A DNA stretch of 64,000 nucleotides, taken from NCBI GenBank assembly GCA_934167465.1, contig CAKPKR010000001.1, positions 359,732 through 423,731 of the forward strand, in the 5' to 3' direction. The translations under genes and the position numbers were made by a program. The notes under the pieces are model-generated. The model was not told where the DNA came from, searched no databases, and worked only from the letters and a program-made list of their open reading frames with translations. This document shows, piece after piece, positions 19,729-29,060 of this stretch; position 1 is the first letter of the stretch; each line of letters starts with the position of its first letter. This DNA is from an uncultured Bacilli bacterium. Lineage in GTDB: Bacteria > Bacillota_I > Bacilli_A > RF39 > UBA660.

Positions 19729-21408
19729 TTATAACATATTTTTATTACAATTAATCTTTTTTCCACATCTTCCGTAAGGATTTCTTATTGGATTCTTATC
19801 AACATATTTAAAAGTATAATCATCAAGTATTTTATATTTAAATTTAATTGTTATATTTCTATCTTCATCTGCTTCTATTCTATCTATTATGGTAAATAAT
19901 AAGTCTCTATTTGGTTTTTCTATATTTAATAATTCTTTTATCTTCTTCGTATAATTTGGTATTTTATTAGCACTATTTTTTCTTTTTAAAATTTCTAGTT
20001 CTATTTCTTCTAATTTATCTTTTAGATTTCCTATTTTTTCTTCATAAGGAGTTACTATCATTTTATATGATTCTAAAGAAATATTTCCATCAATTCTATC
20101 TTGATAAACAGTTTTAATATTAGAAGATAATTTTAAAATTTCTTTTGTTATATCTTTCTTTATTTTATCAAGTGATTTAGTACCTGAATTAGTTCTACTA
20201 ATTATTTCTTCATTTAATTCTTTAATACTTAATCCTTTAAATAAATCAGATAATAATTTGTTTAATTCTTCTAATACTTCTTCTTCAAAATAATCATATG
20301 GAAAGAAATGAGCCTTGCATCTACCTCTAATTGGGTCTCTAGCATATCTATTGCAGTTAATAGTCCAATAGTCATGATTCCTTCTATATATTACACCTAA
20401 TCTATTTCCACACTCTTTGCAATAGATTAATCCCTCTAATAATCTAGTAGGTCTTTTTGTTCTTACATCAACTTTTCGGTTATGATTATCTCTTTTCTTA
20501 TTAATTATTCTAAATGTCTCTTTATCTACTAATGGTTCATGAGTATTTTCAACTATTACCCATAAACTTTGATCTAGTGTTATTTTCTTTTTGGATTTAT
20601 AACTTATGTTAGTTTGAGTATGTTGTACCATATCACCTGTGTACATTCTATTTTCTAATATTTTTTTAACTGAATGTATTGTCCATACATTCTTTTCTTT
20701 TACTCTTGAAGATATTGGTAAATTTTTATAAGCACTTGGTGTTGGTGCTCCTAATTTAGTAAGACGAGTTGCTATTTCAGATATTCCTATATCATTTGCT
20801 TTCCATTCAAACATTTGCTTAACATAAGGTGCTGTATTAGGGTCTATAATTAGATGTCCTTTATCTTCTGGGTCTCTCATATAACCATAGCATGGTTTAC
20901 TACCTATAAATTTACCATCTTTTCTTTTTGCATCTAATACATTTCTTATTTTTAATGAGTTTTGTTTACTATAATAATCATTACAAGCAATAATGAATGT
21001 TGATGAATCATTACTTGCCTGATTTTTCATGCTATCATAGTTTTCAACAATGGATATAAATCTTACTTTATTTTCAGGAAAATAAGTTTCAATATAATAT
21101 CCAGTCATTACATGATCTCGACCTAATCTAGATAGATCTTTTACTACTACAAGATTAATCTTTTTATTTTTTATATCTTCAATCATTCTAATAAATCCAG
21201 GTCTATCAAAATTAGTTCCTGAATAACCATCATCTACATACTCATCTATTAAATTAAATCCATTTTTTAAACAATAGTCTCTTAATATTTCTTTTTGATT
21301 AGTAACACTTTCACTATCTGACTCATATTTTTTATCTTTATCTTCTTGAGAAAGTCTAATATAAATACCTGCATTATAACTTATATTTGTTAAGTAACTA
21401 TAATTCAT
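19729..21408 (-). CDS. Large serine recombinase: resolvase catalytic domain, recombinase domain and zinc ribbon
   Basis: N-terminal YIRLSQED...VVKDLSRLGRD resolvase motifs and a C-terminal Cys cluster (CKECGNR...CNRY...RCKAHF). 559 aa. Confidence 0.85.
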   Translation of the reverse strand: MNYSYLTNISYNAGIYIRLSQEDKDKKYESDSESVTNQKEILRDYCLKNGFNLIDEYVDDGYSGTNFDRPGFIRMIEDIKNKKINLVVVKDLSRLGRDHVMTGYYIETYFPENKVRFISIVENYDSMKNQASNDSSTFIIACNDYYSKQNSLKIRNVLDAKRKDGKFIGSKPCYGYMRDPEDKGHLIIDPNTAPYVKQMFEWKANDIGISEIATRLTKLGAPTPSAYKNLPISSRVKEKNVWTIHSVKKILENRMYTGDMVQHTQTNISYKSKKKITLDQSLWVIVENTHEPLVDKETFRIINKKRDNHNRKVDVRTKRPTRLLEGLIYCKECGNRLGVIYRRNHDYWTINCNRYARDPIRGRCKAHFFPYDYFEEEVLEELNKLLSDLFKGLSIKELNEEIISRTNSGTKSLDKIKKDITKEILKLSSNIKTVYQDRIDGNISLESYKMIVTPYEEKIGNLKDKLEEIELEILKRKNSANKIPNYTKKIKELLNIEKPNRDLLFTIIDRIEADEDRNITIKFKYKILDDYTFKYVDKNPIRNPYGRCGKKINCNKNML

Positions 21409-21700
21409 TTTCTACCTCCTCATTTTATAGCACTTAACTTTCTTCGAGACAAGTGCATCTTACCATGATATATAAAAATAAGCAAATCATTAGAATTATT
21501 TTTCTTCCATAATTTGCTTTAATAAATAATTTAAAACTAATTCTTTAAAAATTTCCTTTTTATCTTCTTTCATACTTAAATTTATGTCTACTATAAAGGG
21601 ATTATTCACTAGAATCACCATCCTTATATGGTTTAAGTAACTCTTCTAGTTCAGCTAATTCTTCATCTGTTAATGGAACTGATTCACATCTTTTACCATT

Positions 21701-22042
21701 CTAAGTTTCTACTCCGTCATAATCAACACCAATAACTGGACCATTAGTACTAATAAAATCATAATTTTCTATTTTGGTTACTGTTACATAATTGTGTATT
21801 GTTTTATTCTTATCAGAATAAGAATTTAAATATCCTTTTAAATATACATTTTTACCCAATAAAAAAAGACCTTTATTATTTTCATAAAGATCTTTATAAA
21901 CTCTTAAACTAGCATAAACTATATTACTATTTTCATTAGGTGAATACTTCTTACAAGTTAGTCCTAATGTAATATATCTATTATTAATTATAATATTATT
22001 TACCTCACCAGATAATAATATTTCATTATAAATCATAAACAA
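21701..22042 (-). CDS. OB-fold SSB-like protein. An in-frame TAG is followed by a 33-codon acidic tail
   Basis: Beta-rich 113 aa resembling SSB-type OB folds. Reading through the TAG would add ...PLTDEELAELEELLKPYKDGDSSE. Confidence 0.35.
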   Translation of the reverse strand: MFMIYNEILLSGEVNNIIINNRYITLGLTCKKYSPNENSNIVYASLRVYKDLYENNKGLFLLGKNVYLKGYLNSYSDKNKTIHNYVTVTKIENYDFISTNGPVIGVDYDGVET

Positions 22043-22148
22043 AACCCCCTGTTTAATTATATATATAATTTTTTATATATTAATTATCTTTTAATTTATT
22101 TATTATACATGCATATCTATTCATATAATTAATGCACAATACTGCATA

Positions 22149-22547
22149 TTATCCTGAATCATCTTGCATATTATTCACATATATTCTTCTTTGAATTAAA
22201 TCATCATTTTTAACTCTTTCAACATTAATATATCCTTTTTCTTTTAATCTCTTTAAAGAATAATTAATTGTTCTTATTTTAACAAAAGATAAATTAGATA
22301 ATATTTTATTAGTAGCAAAACAATAACCATTTAATCTACTAAGATTATAAATACTACCAAACAAAAAACAGTCTGATTTAGTCAAACTGTTATCTTTCAT
22401 TAATTCTCTTGGAATAATAATAAAATCTTTTTTCAAATATGATACTCTCCTTTCTATAAAATCCCAAAAACACCAATTTTTAATTGATATTTTTTTATCA
22501 GGATAAGACGATGGTACTGCAACACCAATTTTCCTAGGTAAAATCAA
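22149..22547 (-). CDS. Winged-helix DNA-binding protein, replication-initiator or DnaD-like
   Basis: C-terminal wHTH (LSNLSFVKIRTINYSLKRLKEKGYI). Lies next to iteron-like repeats. Confidence 0.4.
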   Translation of the reverse strand: MILPRKIGVAVPSSYPDKKISIKNWCFWDFIERRVSYLKKDFIIIPRELMKDNSLTKSDCFLFGSIYNLSRLNGYCFATNKILSNLSFVKIRTINYSLKRLKEKGYINVERVKNDDLIQRRIYVNNMQDDSG

Positions 22548-22718
22548 TGTTTATTATGGTACCAAACTTATTTTGCACTTGCAAAATTTATCCCATATAG
22601 GTAATTTATCTTTAATAAGACATCTAAAAATAGGCAAATAAAAAATCCCAATATATAAAATATTGAGATTTTGTTGGGATATTAACAAAAAGTAATACCA
22701 TCTTTTATTTAAACTATT

Positions 22719-22830
22719 TACCTACTATAGCAAATATATCAGAAATATTTTTATTATGCAAGTTTCATTTACTTTCCGTTTTTTTTCCTTTTTTTGTCAT
22801 ATTATTAACCTATTATAGCAACTTTATCAT
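22719..22830. repeat. Two imperfect 24-bp direct repeats, TTACCTACTATAGCAAATATATCA and TAACCTATTATAGCAACTTTATCA, 88 bp apart. Iteron-like
   Basis: 20 of 24 positions identical. They sit in an ORF-free AT-rich stretch beside the wHTH gene. Confidence 0.35.
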
Positions 22831-22999
22831 AAAAAAATTTATCTGTCCATTCGTTTTAAATGGTACTTTAACCATTACTTTAAAAGTAATTTATACTTCA
22901 CTTTATCTTGTTTTGACCTTTAAATTTAAAGAAATCTAACAATAGAAAAAGAACAAAAATATGAATCTTTTTTGAAAAATCACTAAAATTTTTTTAAAT

Positions 23000-23392
23000 T
23001 TATTTAATATCAATATTCCATAATCCTAATTTACCATTAATTACTTTGTCAGATTCTATCTTCTTAACATTCTTCAATTTCCATGCATAACCGGTTCTAA
23101 ATTTTGAACCATATGCAATATTTTTTTCATTGATAATTTGTTTATTCAATTCATCATCCAATTCTAAACAATCTTCTATTTCAACTTCTGCAACTATTCT
23201 TTTTGATGGGTATTTTAAATTTAAGTCTTTAAACCTATTCATTTCCTTTTTATCTACACCAGCACCAGCATGTATTAATATTTTACCCCTATAATTAGTT
23301 TTCCATGATCTGAATTCGTATTTTTTTATTCCTTCAGCCACTAAAGTTGCCCATGGTTGTTTCAATGTTAATATCTTCATATTTATCACCAA
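23000..23392 (-). CDS. ASCH-domain (PUA-like) protein
   Basis: LTLKQPWATLVAEGIKKYEFRSW... matches the ASCH fold signature. Confidence 0.6.
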   Translation of the reverse strand: MVINMKILTLKQPWATLVAEGIKKYEFRSWKTNYRGKILIHAGAGVDKKEMNRFKDLNLKYPSKRIVAEVEIEDCLELDDELNKQIINEKNIAYGSKFRTGYAWKLKNVKKIESDKVINGKLGLWNIDIK

Positions 23393-23469
23393 TATTATTT
23401 TATCACATTTATTAACCTAATTATTAAGAATTTTTGTTTAATATGTTATAATATATATGGAGGTATAGT

Positions 23470-24465
23470 ATGGTATTAGATAAAGTAATGTTTGATAAAT
23501 TACATTCATTTTCAGAAAACATTTGTCAAAATTTTAATATAAAAGAACCAAAAGATAGAAAATCACTTATTAAGTATCTTGATTCATTACAAAAAGGTAT
23601 TGATATTGGAGAAATAAACTCTTCATTTATTGGATTAATATTATATGATTTTGTTTCATCAGAAGAAACTCGTGATAGACATACAACTGCAAGAATATTT
23701 GAAGATATCTTTGGAGAATTAGTTGGTGAAAAAGCTACAGACACTTCATCAAGAGTTAATCCTCAAGTTCCAGATTATATTAAAGAATATGATAGTTTAT
23801 GTAATAATGTAGATTGGACGATTAGTCATGATTTAGCAGGTAATAAAAGGGAAAAGGCTGATCACAAAATTGATGAATATGAATTATCTATAAAAACATT
23901 AAAGGGTAAATTATATAATAATGATGGCAAAATCATTAATAGTGATTTTAATGATGAAATCAATATAGGTTCATTATCACATAGAGCCTTATTTATAGGA
24001 CTAACTGATAAAGCACTTAGCGATAGAAAAGGCGGTTTAGGTTCTCCAAGACAAACAATACCATTGCTTGAATCAATAAAAGAAAATAATAAATTTGATG
24101 AATTTAAAAGCAGAATAAACAATTATGTTAAATATGTATATAGTGATGACATTTTAATTGTTTATAAATGTGGGTATAAAATGAAAATAACTTTAATACC
24201 TGCAGAATCATTCGTTACCGCAATAACAAAAGCTCTTGATGACGAAAATGGTGGAATAAATTCATTTACAAAAATTTGGTACAGATGGGAAAATAATAAT
24301 TTAAGAATAAGATATACAGCATTAATGGACATGATAAGAAAGTTAAATTTAAATTATTATGACACTATATTAAATTTAGAAAATGTATTTGAAAACAAAG
24401 AATTTATAGATAATATGATTATCTTAGAAAAACTAATAGATCAAAAAATAGAAGATTTAATTTAA
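23470..24465 (+). CDS. Hypothetical 331-aa protein convergent with the C5-methyltransferase, overlapping it by 9 bp at the 3' ends. Putative type II restriction endonuclease
   Basis: Gene arrangement only. No confident nuclease motif could be read. Confidence 0.3.
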   Translation: MVLDKVMFDKLHSFSENICQNFNIKEPKDRKSLIKYLDSLQKGIDIGEINSSFIGLILYDFVSSEETRDRHTTARIFEDIFGELVGEKATDTSSRVNPQVPDYIKEYDSLCNNVDWTISHDLAGNKREKADHKIDEYELSIKTLKGKLYNNDGKIINSDFNDEINIGSLSHRALFIGLTDKALSDRKGGLGSPRQTIPLLESIKENNKFDEFKSRINNYVKYVYSDDILIVYKCGYKMKITLIPAESFVTAITKALDDENGGINSFTKIWYRWENNNLRIRYTALMDMIRKLNLNYYDTILNLENVFENKEFIDNMIILEKLIDQKIEDLI

Positions 24466-25590
24466 AAAATCTTCTATTTTTATTGGAAAAATTTTAGCTA
24501 TATTATATGCCATTAATACTGGAACAGCATTTCCTATCTGTCTATAACATGCAGAGGTACTTCCTAAAAATAAAAATGTATCTGGAAAAGATTGGATTCT
24601 TGCAACCTCTCTAACACTCATTCTTCTGTTATATTCAGGATGCGGAATAATTAAAGGCCCTCCAGTTCCACTACCTCTTCCCATAATAGTTGGAGAATGT
24701 TTATCCCAATATGTCGGTCTATTTCCAACCATATGTGATTTCTTTTGATTTAATTTACATTTAGACGAAGTATGATTTAATATTTCACAACCATCAACAT
24801 TGGTTTCTTCAGGTAATCCATAAATTGTATCTCTTAATGTTTGATATTGATATTTAATATTTGAATCAAAATAATCATTAATATTTAACTTTTTCTTATT
24901 ACATAACTTATTAAACATATCTGTAACAACTAAGTATGTATTTTGAGGCTGTTTAATATTACTATTCTTTGAATGAGTTTCTTTTACCAATAATCTCTTT
25001 TTAACTTTTTTTAAATCAACTGGTTTTTCCATGATAGGCATTTTAATTTTTTGAGCATAGTCATTTCTTACTCCAAATATTATTACTCTTTCACGATTTT
25101 GTGGAACTCCATAATTCAATGCATTTAATACATTATAATAAACAGTATATCCTTCACCAATAGATTCAATATCTTTGATAATCATTTCTAAGATTTTTCC
25201 TTTTTCCATGTTTTCTAATCCTTTAACATTTTCTAGTAATATAAATTTAGGATTTTTAATTTTAATCATTTTTAAAACTTGCAAATACAAGAAATTTCTT
25301 TCATCTTCCATACTTCTATTGATATTAGCTATTGAAAAACCTTGACAAGGGAATCCACCTATAACTATATCAGCATCTGGTATTTCTTTTTTTAATTTTT
25401 TTTCATCTTGATTTAAATATTCTAATATATCTCCTCTAACAACCTTGTGTTTATTAAATCTATTAAAATTTTCTTCATATGTATCAACTGCATAATCATC
25501 AAAATCATTTGCCCATACGATTTTGTGACCAGCTAAAGAAAATCCTAAGTCTAAACCACCAGCGCCAGAAAACATTGATATTACTTTCAT
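24457..25590 (-). CDS. dcm: DNA (cytosine-5)-methyltransferase
   Basis: Motif I (FSGAGGLDLGF), motif IV (GGFPCQGFSIAN), motif VI (ENVKGL) and C-terminal motifs IX/X (QIGNAVPV). Confidence 0.85.
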   Translation of the reverse strand: MKVISMFSGAGGLDLGFSLAGHKIVWANDFDDYAVDTYEENFNRFNKHKVVRGDILEYLNQDEKKLKKEIPDADIVIGGFPCQGFSIANINRSMEDERNFLYLQVLKMIKIKNPKFILLENVKGLENMEKGKILEMIIKDIESIGEGYTVYYNVLNALNYGVPQNRERVIIFGVRNDYAQKIKMPIMEKPVDLKKVKKRLLVKETHSKNSNIKQPQNTYLVVTDMFNKLCNKKKLNINDYFDSNIKYQYQTLRDTIYGLPEETNVDGCEILNHTSSKCKLNQKKSHMVGNRPTYWDKHSPTIMGRGSGTGGPLIIPHPEYNRRMSVREVARIQSFPDTFLFLGSTSACYRQIGNAVPVLMAYNIAKIFPIKIEDFLN

Positions 25591-25621
25591 TATTTATCAC
25601 TCCTAACTGATTGTTGCCTAA

Positions 25622-27844
25622 TTATTTTAAATCTATTTCTTCTTCGGCTTTATTATACAATTCAATTTTATTCTCAACATCAACTTTTGTAACAAGCCAT
25701 TTTCTTAGAGAACACATTCTTACAAAATCATCAATTCTATTTATTCCATTGATCTCTTTTAATGTAATTACAATTCCAAACTTTATTCCTTCACCATCTC
25801 TTTTTTCTAATCGCTCTTTAGTCTTAATGCTTATTCCCCATAATTCATTTGAATATTTCTTTTTAGGTCTGGAACCATCTTTTAATATTTCGATTATATG
25901 TTTTACATTATCCCATTTTCTGTAATTTTTTCGTGCATTTCCTTCATACATATAGTGGCCTTCTTCGGTTTGATAGTTATTGTTTATTGTTTTTATATGA
26001 CCTCTATCATCAATTCTACCAAATGATAAATCCAGCTCAGTATTAGTATAATCTACACCTTGATTTCTTGAACAATTTGGAAAATAGCATAATGTTGCCT
26101 TAGAGATAAATGGATATTTATCATTATGTAATGGAACAGGAATATCATATGTATATGTATCATATTTTTCAGAAATTCCTTCAATAACAAATTTAATTTC
26201 ATCATCTTTTGAATTAATAATATCTTCTATTCTCTTTGGAACGACACCATACCCTAATAATGGTGCCTGTTTTTGATTAATAGTTTCTTTCCAATTTGTG
26301 GCAGAATCAATTATTAATGCTTTGGCAACTTCTCTACTTAAGCCTAAAATATCAATCAAATATGACATTTTTCTTGAAATCCATGGAGCAGCAAATGATG
26401 TTCCTGCTAATAGGCATTCTCCACAAGAATTACAAGCCTTAATATAATCGTTTTTGTCTCCACCATAATAGCAAATATCAGGTTTATTAAAAAACGACAA
26501 TACTAATCCTTTTCTAGAATATGAAGCTGATTTTCCTTTTGAATCAACTGAATTAACAACCAATGCATTTATCGAATCTGCAGGAGCGCCAATCATCTCA
26601 ACACTTTCTTTTTGCTTATTAGTCCCTGCAATTACAAATATAACATTATTTTCATATTGAATTTTATCTAAAATTGCCGCTTCGGGTGATATAAAGTTTG
26701 GATTGATTTCTAGTGCCGAACCAAGCGATAAATTCCATACTCTAATATCCTTATTGGTTTTTACTATTTCTTTTATGTGTCTTAATATCGCAAACGAACT
26801 CATTTGCTTAGAAAGTGCAACACCAAAATGTCTAACTTTAAATCTACCACATCCATCATCTAGTTCAGGATTAATATTTGGACCATCTACTATAATTGAA
26901 GATACTGCTGTACCATGATCCATATCCTGTGAGGATGTTTCTATATCATCTGAAATCATTTTATGATACTCAACCCAATTAGAAAAATAGCATCTAGTAT
27001 CAAATAATGTATCAATTACTCCAATTGTTGGTTCATTGGTTGGATTTGGTAATTTAGGTAATGTATCATCATCTAATGTAATAAAATCATCTTTTGATAG
27101 TTCTGAGATATCACTTAAAGTCATGGCAATTAGATATGGTGCCTTCATTTTTAATAATTCCAATTGGTCTGGTGTTAATAATACCGTAGAATCTTCCTCG
27201 ATAATTCTTTGAGTCAAAATATCTATACCCAATTTATCCATGATTTCTTTTATATTATCATCAGTCTTATATAAAGTAACTAATGCATTGTCACTAATAA
27301 TATCACTATTATCTGGCAAATCAAACTTTTCTGCATAATATGCATCTACAATTATTTGATTGAAAGCTGATTTAGAAAGTCCAATGCTTGTCAAATATTT
27401 AGATAATGCATCTATATTATCTAATTTTTTTTGTGAAACTACACCAGACATTTTTTCTTTTACACACTTAATAACTAAATCTAATTTACTAATAGATGTA
27501 TTTAATGAATCCAAATGTATATAATGTGTAATAATATGTTTTGGATTTTTTTTATCAGTAAATTTTGCACCTACTATTGTGTTATTTGTAACCTTACCAG
27601 ATTCATGGAGAATTGCAGATATTCTATTACTCTTTGCAATTACATCGATATAATACACACTAATTAGTGCACCTTTAACAACAGTTTGTGTACTCCAAAA
27701 ACCATATAATTTTTTTAGTTGAGATAATAAAGTTTCTAAATGCTCGACTAGCACAATTGAACTACCTGGAAGTGTAGCAGGTCCCGGAGTTGAATTATTA
27801 GATCTTTGATGAAATTGTCCTTTTAATTGCAATAAATTATTCAT
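25622..27844 (-). CDS. Subtilisin-like S8 serine peptidase (740 aa) with unknown N- and C-terminal extensions. Candidate IetS-like component
   Basis: The D/H/S triad is readable: GVIDTLFD, DHGTAVSSII, GTSFAAPWIS. It begins 1 nt after the stop of the upstream AAA ATPase gene and is co-directional with it, with a 3-nt gap. Confidence 0.7.
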   Translation of the reverse strand: MNNLLQLKGQFHQRSNNSTPGPATLPGSSIVLVEHLETLLSQLKKLYGFWSTQTVVKGALISVYYIDVIAKSNRISAILHESGKVTNNTIVGAKFTDKKNPKHIITHYIHLDSLNTSISKLDLVIKCVKEKMSGVVSQKKLDNIDALSKYLTSIGLSKSAFNQIIVDAYYAEKFDLPDNSDIISDNALVTLYKTDDNIKEIMDKLGIDILTQRIIEEDSTVLLTPDQLELLKMKAPYLIAMTLSDISELSKDDFITLDDDTLPKLPNPTNEPTIGVIDTLFDTRCYFSNWVEYHKMISDDIETSSQDMDHGTAVSSIIVDGPNINPELDDGCGRFKVRHFGVALSKQMSSFAILRHIKEIVKTNKDIRVWNLSLGSALEINPNFISPEAAILDKIQYENNVIFVIAGTNKQKESVEMIGAPADSINALVVNSVDSKGKSASYSRKGLVLSFFNKPDICYYGGDKNDYIKACNSCGECLLAGTSFAAPWISRKMSYLIDILGLSREVAKALIIDSATNWKETINQKQAPLLGYGVVPKRIEDIINSKDDEIKFVIEGISEKYDTYTYDIPVPLHNDKYPFISKATLCYFPNCSRNQGVDYTNTELDLSFGRIDDRGHIKTINNNYQTEEGHYMYEGNARKNYRKWDNVKHIIEILKDGSRPKKKYSNELWGISIKTKERLEKRDGEGIKFGIVITLKEINGINRIDDFVRMCSLRKWLVTKVDVENKIELYNKAEEEIDLK

Positions 27845-27847
27845 ATT

Positions 27848-28900
27848 CTAATCTCTCCATTCTCTAGAAACCTGACTTTTAGAAATCCCAGTAATTATTT
27901 CAATTTCTCTAACAGTAAATCCTAGTTTTTGTAAATCTTTTAACTGCAATTTTTTATCTTTATTTATTTTCCTATATAATGTTTTTAAATAATCTAATTC
28001 ACAATCAGGATTACTAAAAGCAATGGATGTTTTAATTAAATTTCTCAAATCTCCAGGGTATGGAATTGGTTCCATTAAATTAATTATCTTTTTAAATAGT
28101 TTTATATTTCTTCCAGCATTTTTAAATTTTAAAAGCATTTCATTTAAGATATACTCTGAAACTTCCAATAAATCTTCTCTTGAATAATTGTTAAAATTAA
28201 TTATAGAATCAAATCTTCTTATTAATGCCTTATCAAATGAAGAAAATAAATTAGTTGTAGCAATAAATAAAATATTATCATTTAATTGATCTAATTCTTT
28301 TAAAATCGTTGAAGTTGCTCTTCCCATTTCTCTAATATCATTATCATTCATTCTGTCTAATGCTATAGCATCTATTTCATCAAAAAGTATTATCACCTTT
28401 TCAGGATGAGGCATCTTTTTTATTTCGTAGAACAATTCCGTAATATTCTTAGCAGTTTGTCCTAATTTGCTATCAACAACCATACTAAAATCCACAGAAA
28501 AAATATCCCTTTCAAGTATCCTTGATAATTGCCTTACAGTCTCTGTCTTGCCAGTGCCCGGAGCACCTTCAAATAAAAATTTATTTACCCCTACATTGTG
28601 TTTAACAGCATGAATTAATCCGATAATATCATCTTTTATGCTTTCAGGTAATGGAAATGGTTCTTTACTTGGAGATAGTTTTTTAAAAAAAACTAAGTCA
28701 GATTTTTCAATTTGGGGTACAAATGTATTTACATCAGATAGAAGTGCAAGTATATATTCTGATAATTCAACATCACCAGTTTTATCAAAGTATTTTGCAA
28801 TTTCATATGCTTCATTTCTAAAATATTCATCATTATTTTCTGTATGATATTTAATTAAATTTAATATATTCTTCTTCTTCATATTATCACCTATATTCAT
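27848..28900 (-). CDS. AAA+ ATPase with a C-terminal HTH. Candidate IetA-like component
   Basis: Walker A (GAPGTGKTE), Walker B (ILFDEID), arginine finger (IRRFD) and a C-terminal HTH (GFTVREIEIITGISKSQVSR). AGGTGAT ribosome-binding site before the ATG. Confidence 0.7.
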   Translation of the reverse strand: MNIGDNMKKKNILNLIKYHTENNDEYFRNEAYEIAKYFDKTGDVELSEYILALLSDVNTFVPQIEKSDLVFFKKLSPSKEPFPLPESIKDDIIGLIHAVKHNVGVNKFLFEGAPGTGKTETVRQLSRILERDIFSVDFSMVVDSKLGQTAKNITELFYEIKKMPHPEKVIILFDEIDAIALDRMNDNDIREMGRATSTILKELDQLNDNILFIATTNLFSSFDKALIRRFDSIINFNNYSREDLLEVSEYILNEMLLKFKNAGRNIKLFKKIINLMEPIPYPGDLRNLIKTSIAFSNPDCELDYLKTLYRKINKDKKLQLKDLQKLGFTVREIEIITGISKSQVSREWRD

Positions 28901-28907
28901 TATATAT

Positions 28908-28940
28908 TATTTGGGACACTTTTTCAATATTTGGGACATA
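28908..28940 (-). promoter_or_regulatory. Two direct repeats, TGTCCCAAATA x2 on the gene strand, 21 bp apart, 22-52 nt upstream of the AAA ATPase start. Putative operator
   Basis: Exact 10-11 bp direct repeats in the 160-bp stretch between the element's right end and the operon start. Confidence 0.4.
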
Positions 28941-29060
28941 CTTTTTATTTTTTATTTTTGATAAAATGTAAAGTAAATAAAAAGATAACTTATTTTTTAT
29001 ATAAATCGTCTTTAAAATCTTATTTTTCTCGAAGAAAGTTAATTTACCACTAGGGTTAAC

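Larger units (their letters stand above)
18601..29060. mobile_element. Integrated ~10.5 kb element that splits the Amidase_3-LysM gene. It is bounded by imperfect inverted ACCACTAG half-sites. It carries a large serine recombinase, replication-like genes, a restriction-modification candidate and an AAA+/S8 pair
   Basis: The amidase 5' half (29327-29061) and 3' half (18600-17668) rejoin in-frame as ...SNHINAGGG|ADGAEVIY.... Flanking chromosomal arms are ...CGGCACC and ACCACCTCC.... A serine recombinase gene lies 1.1 kb from the left junction. Confidence 0.75.
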
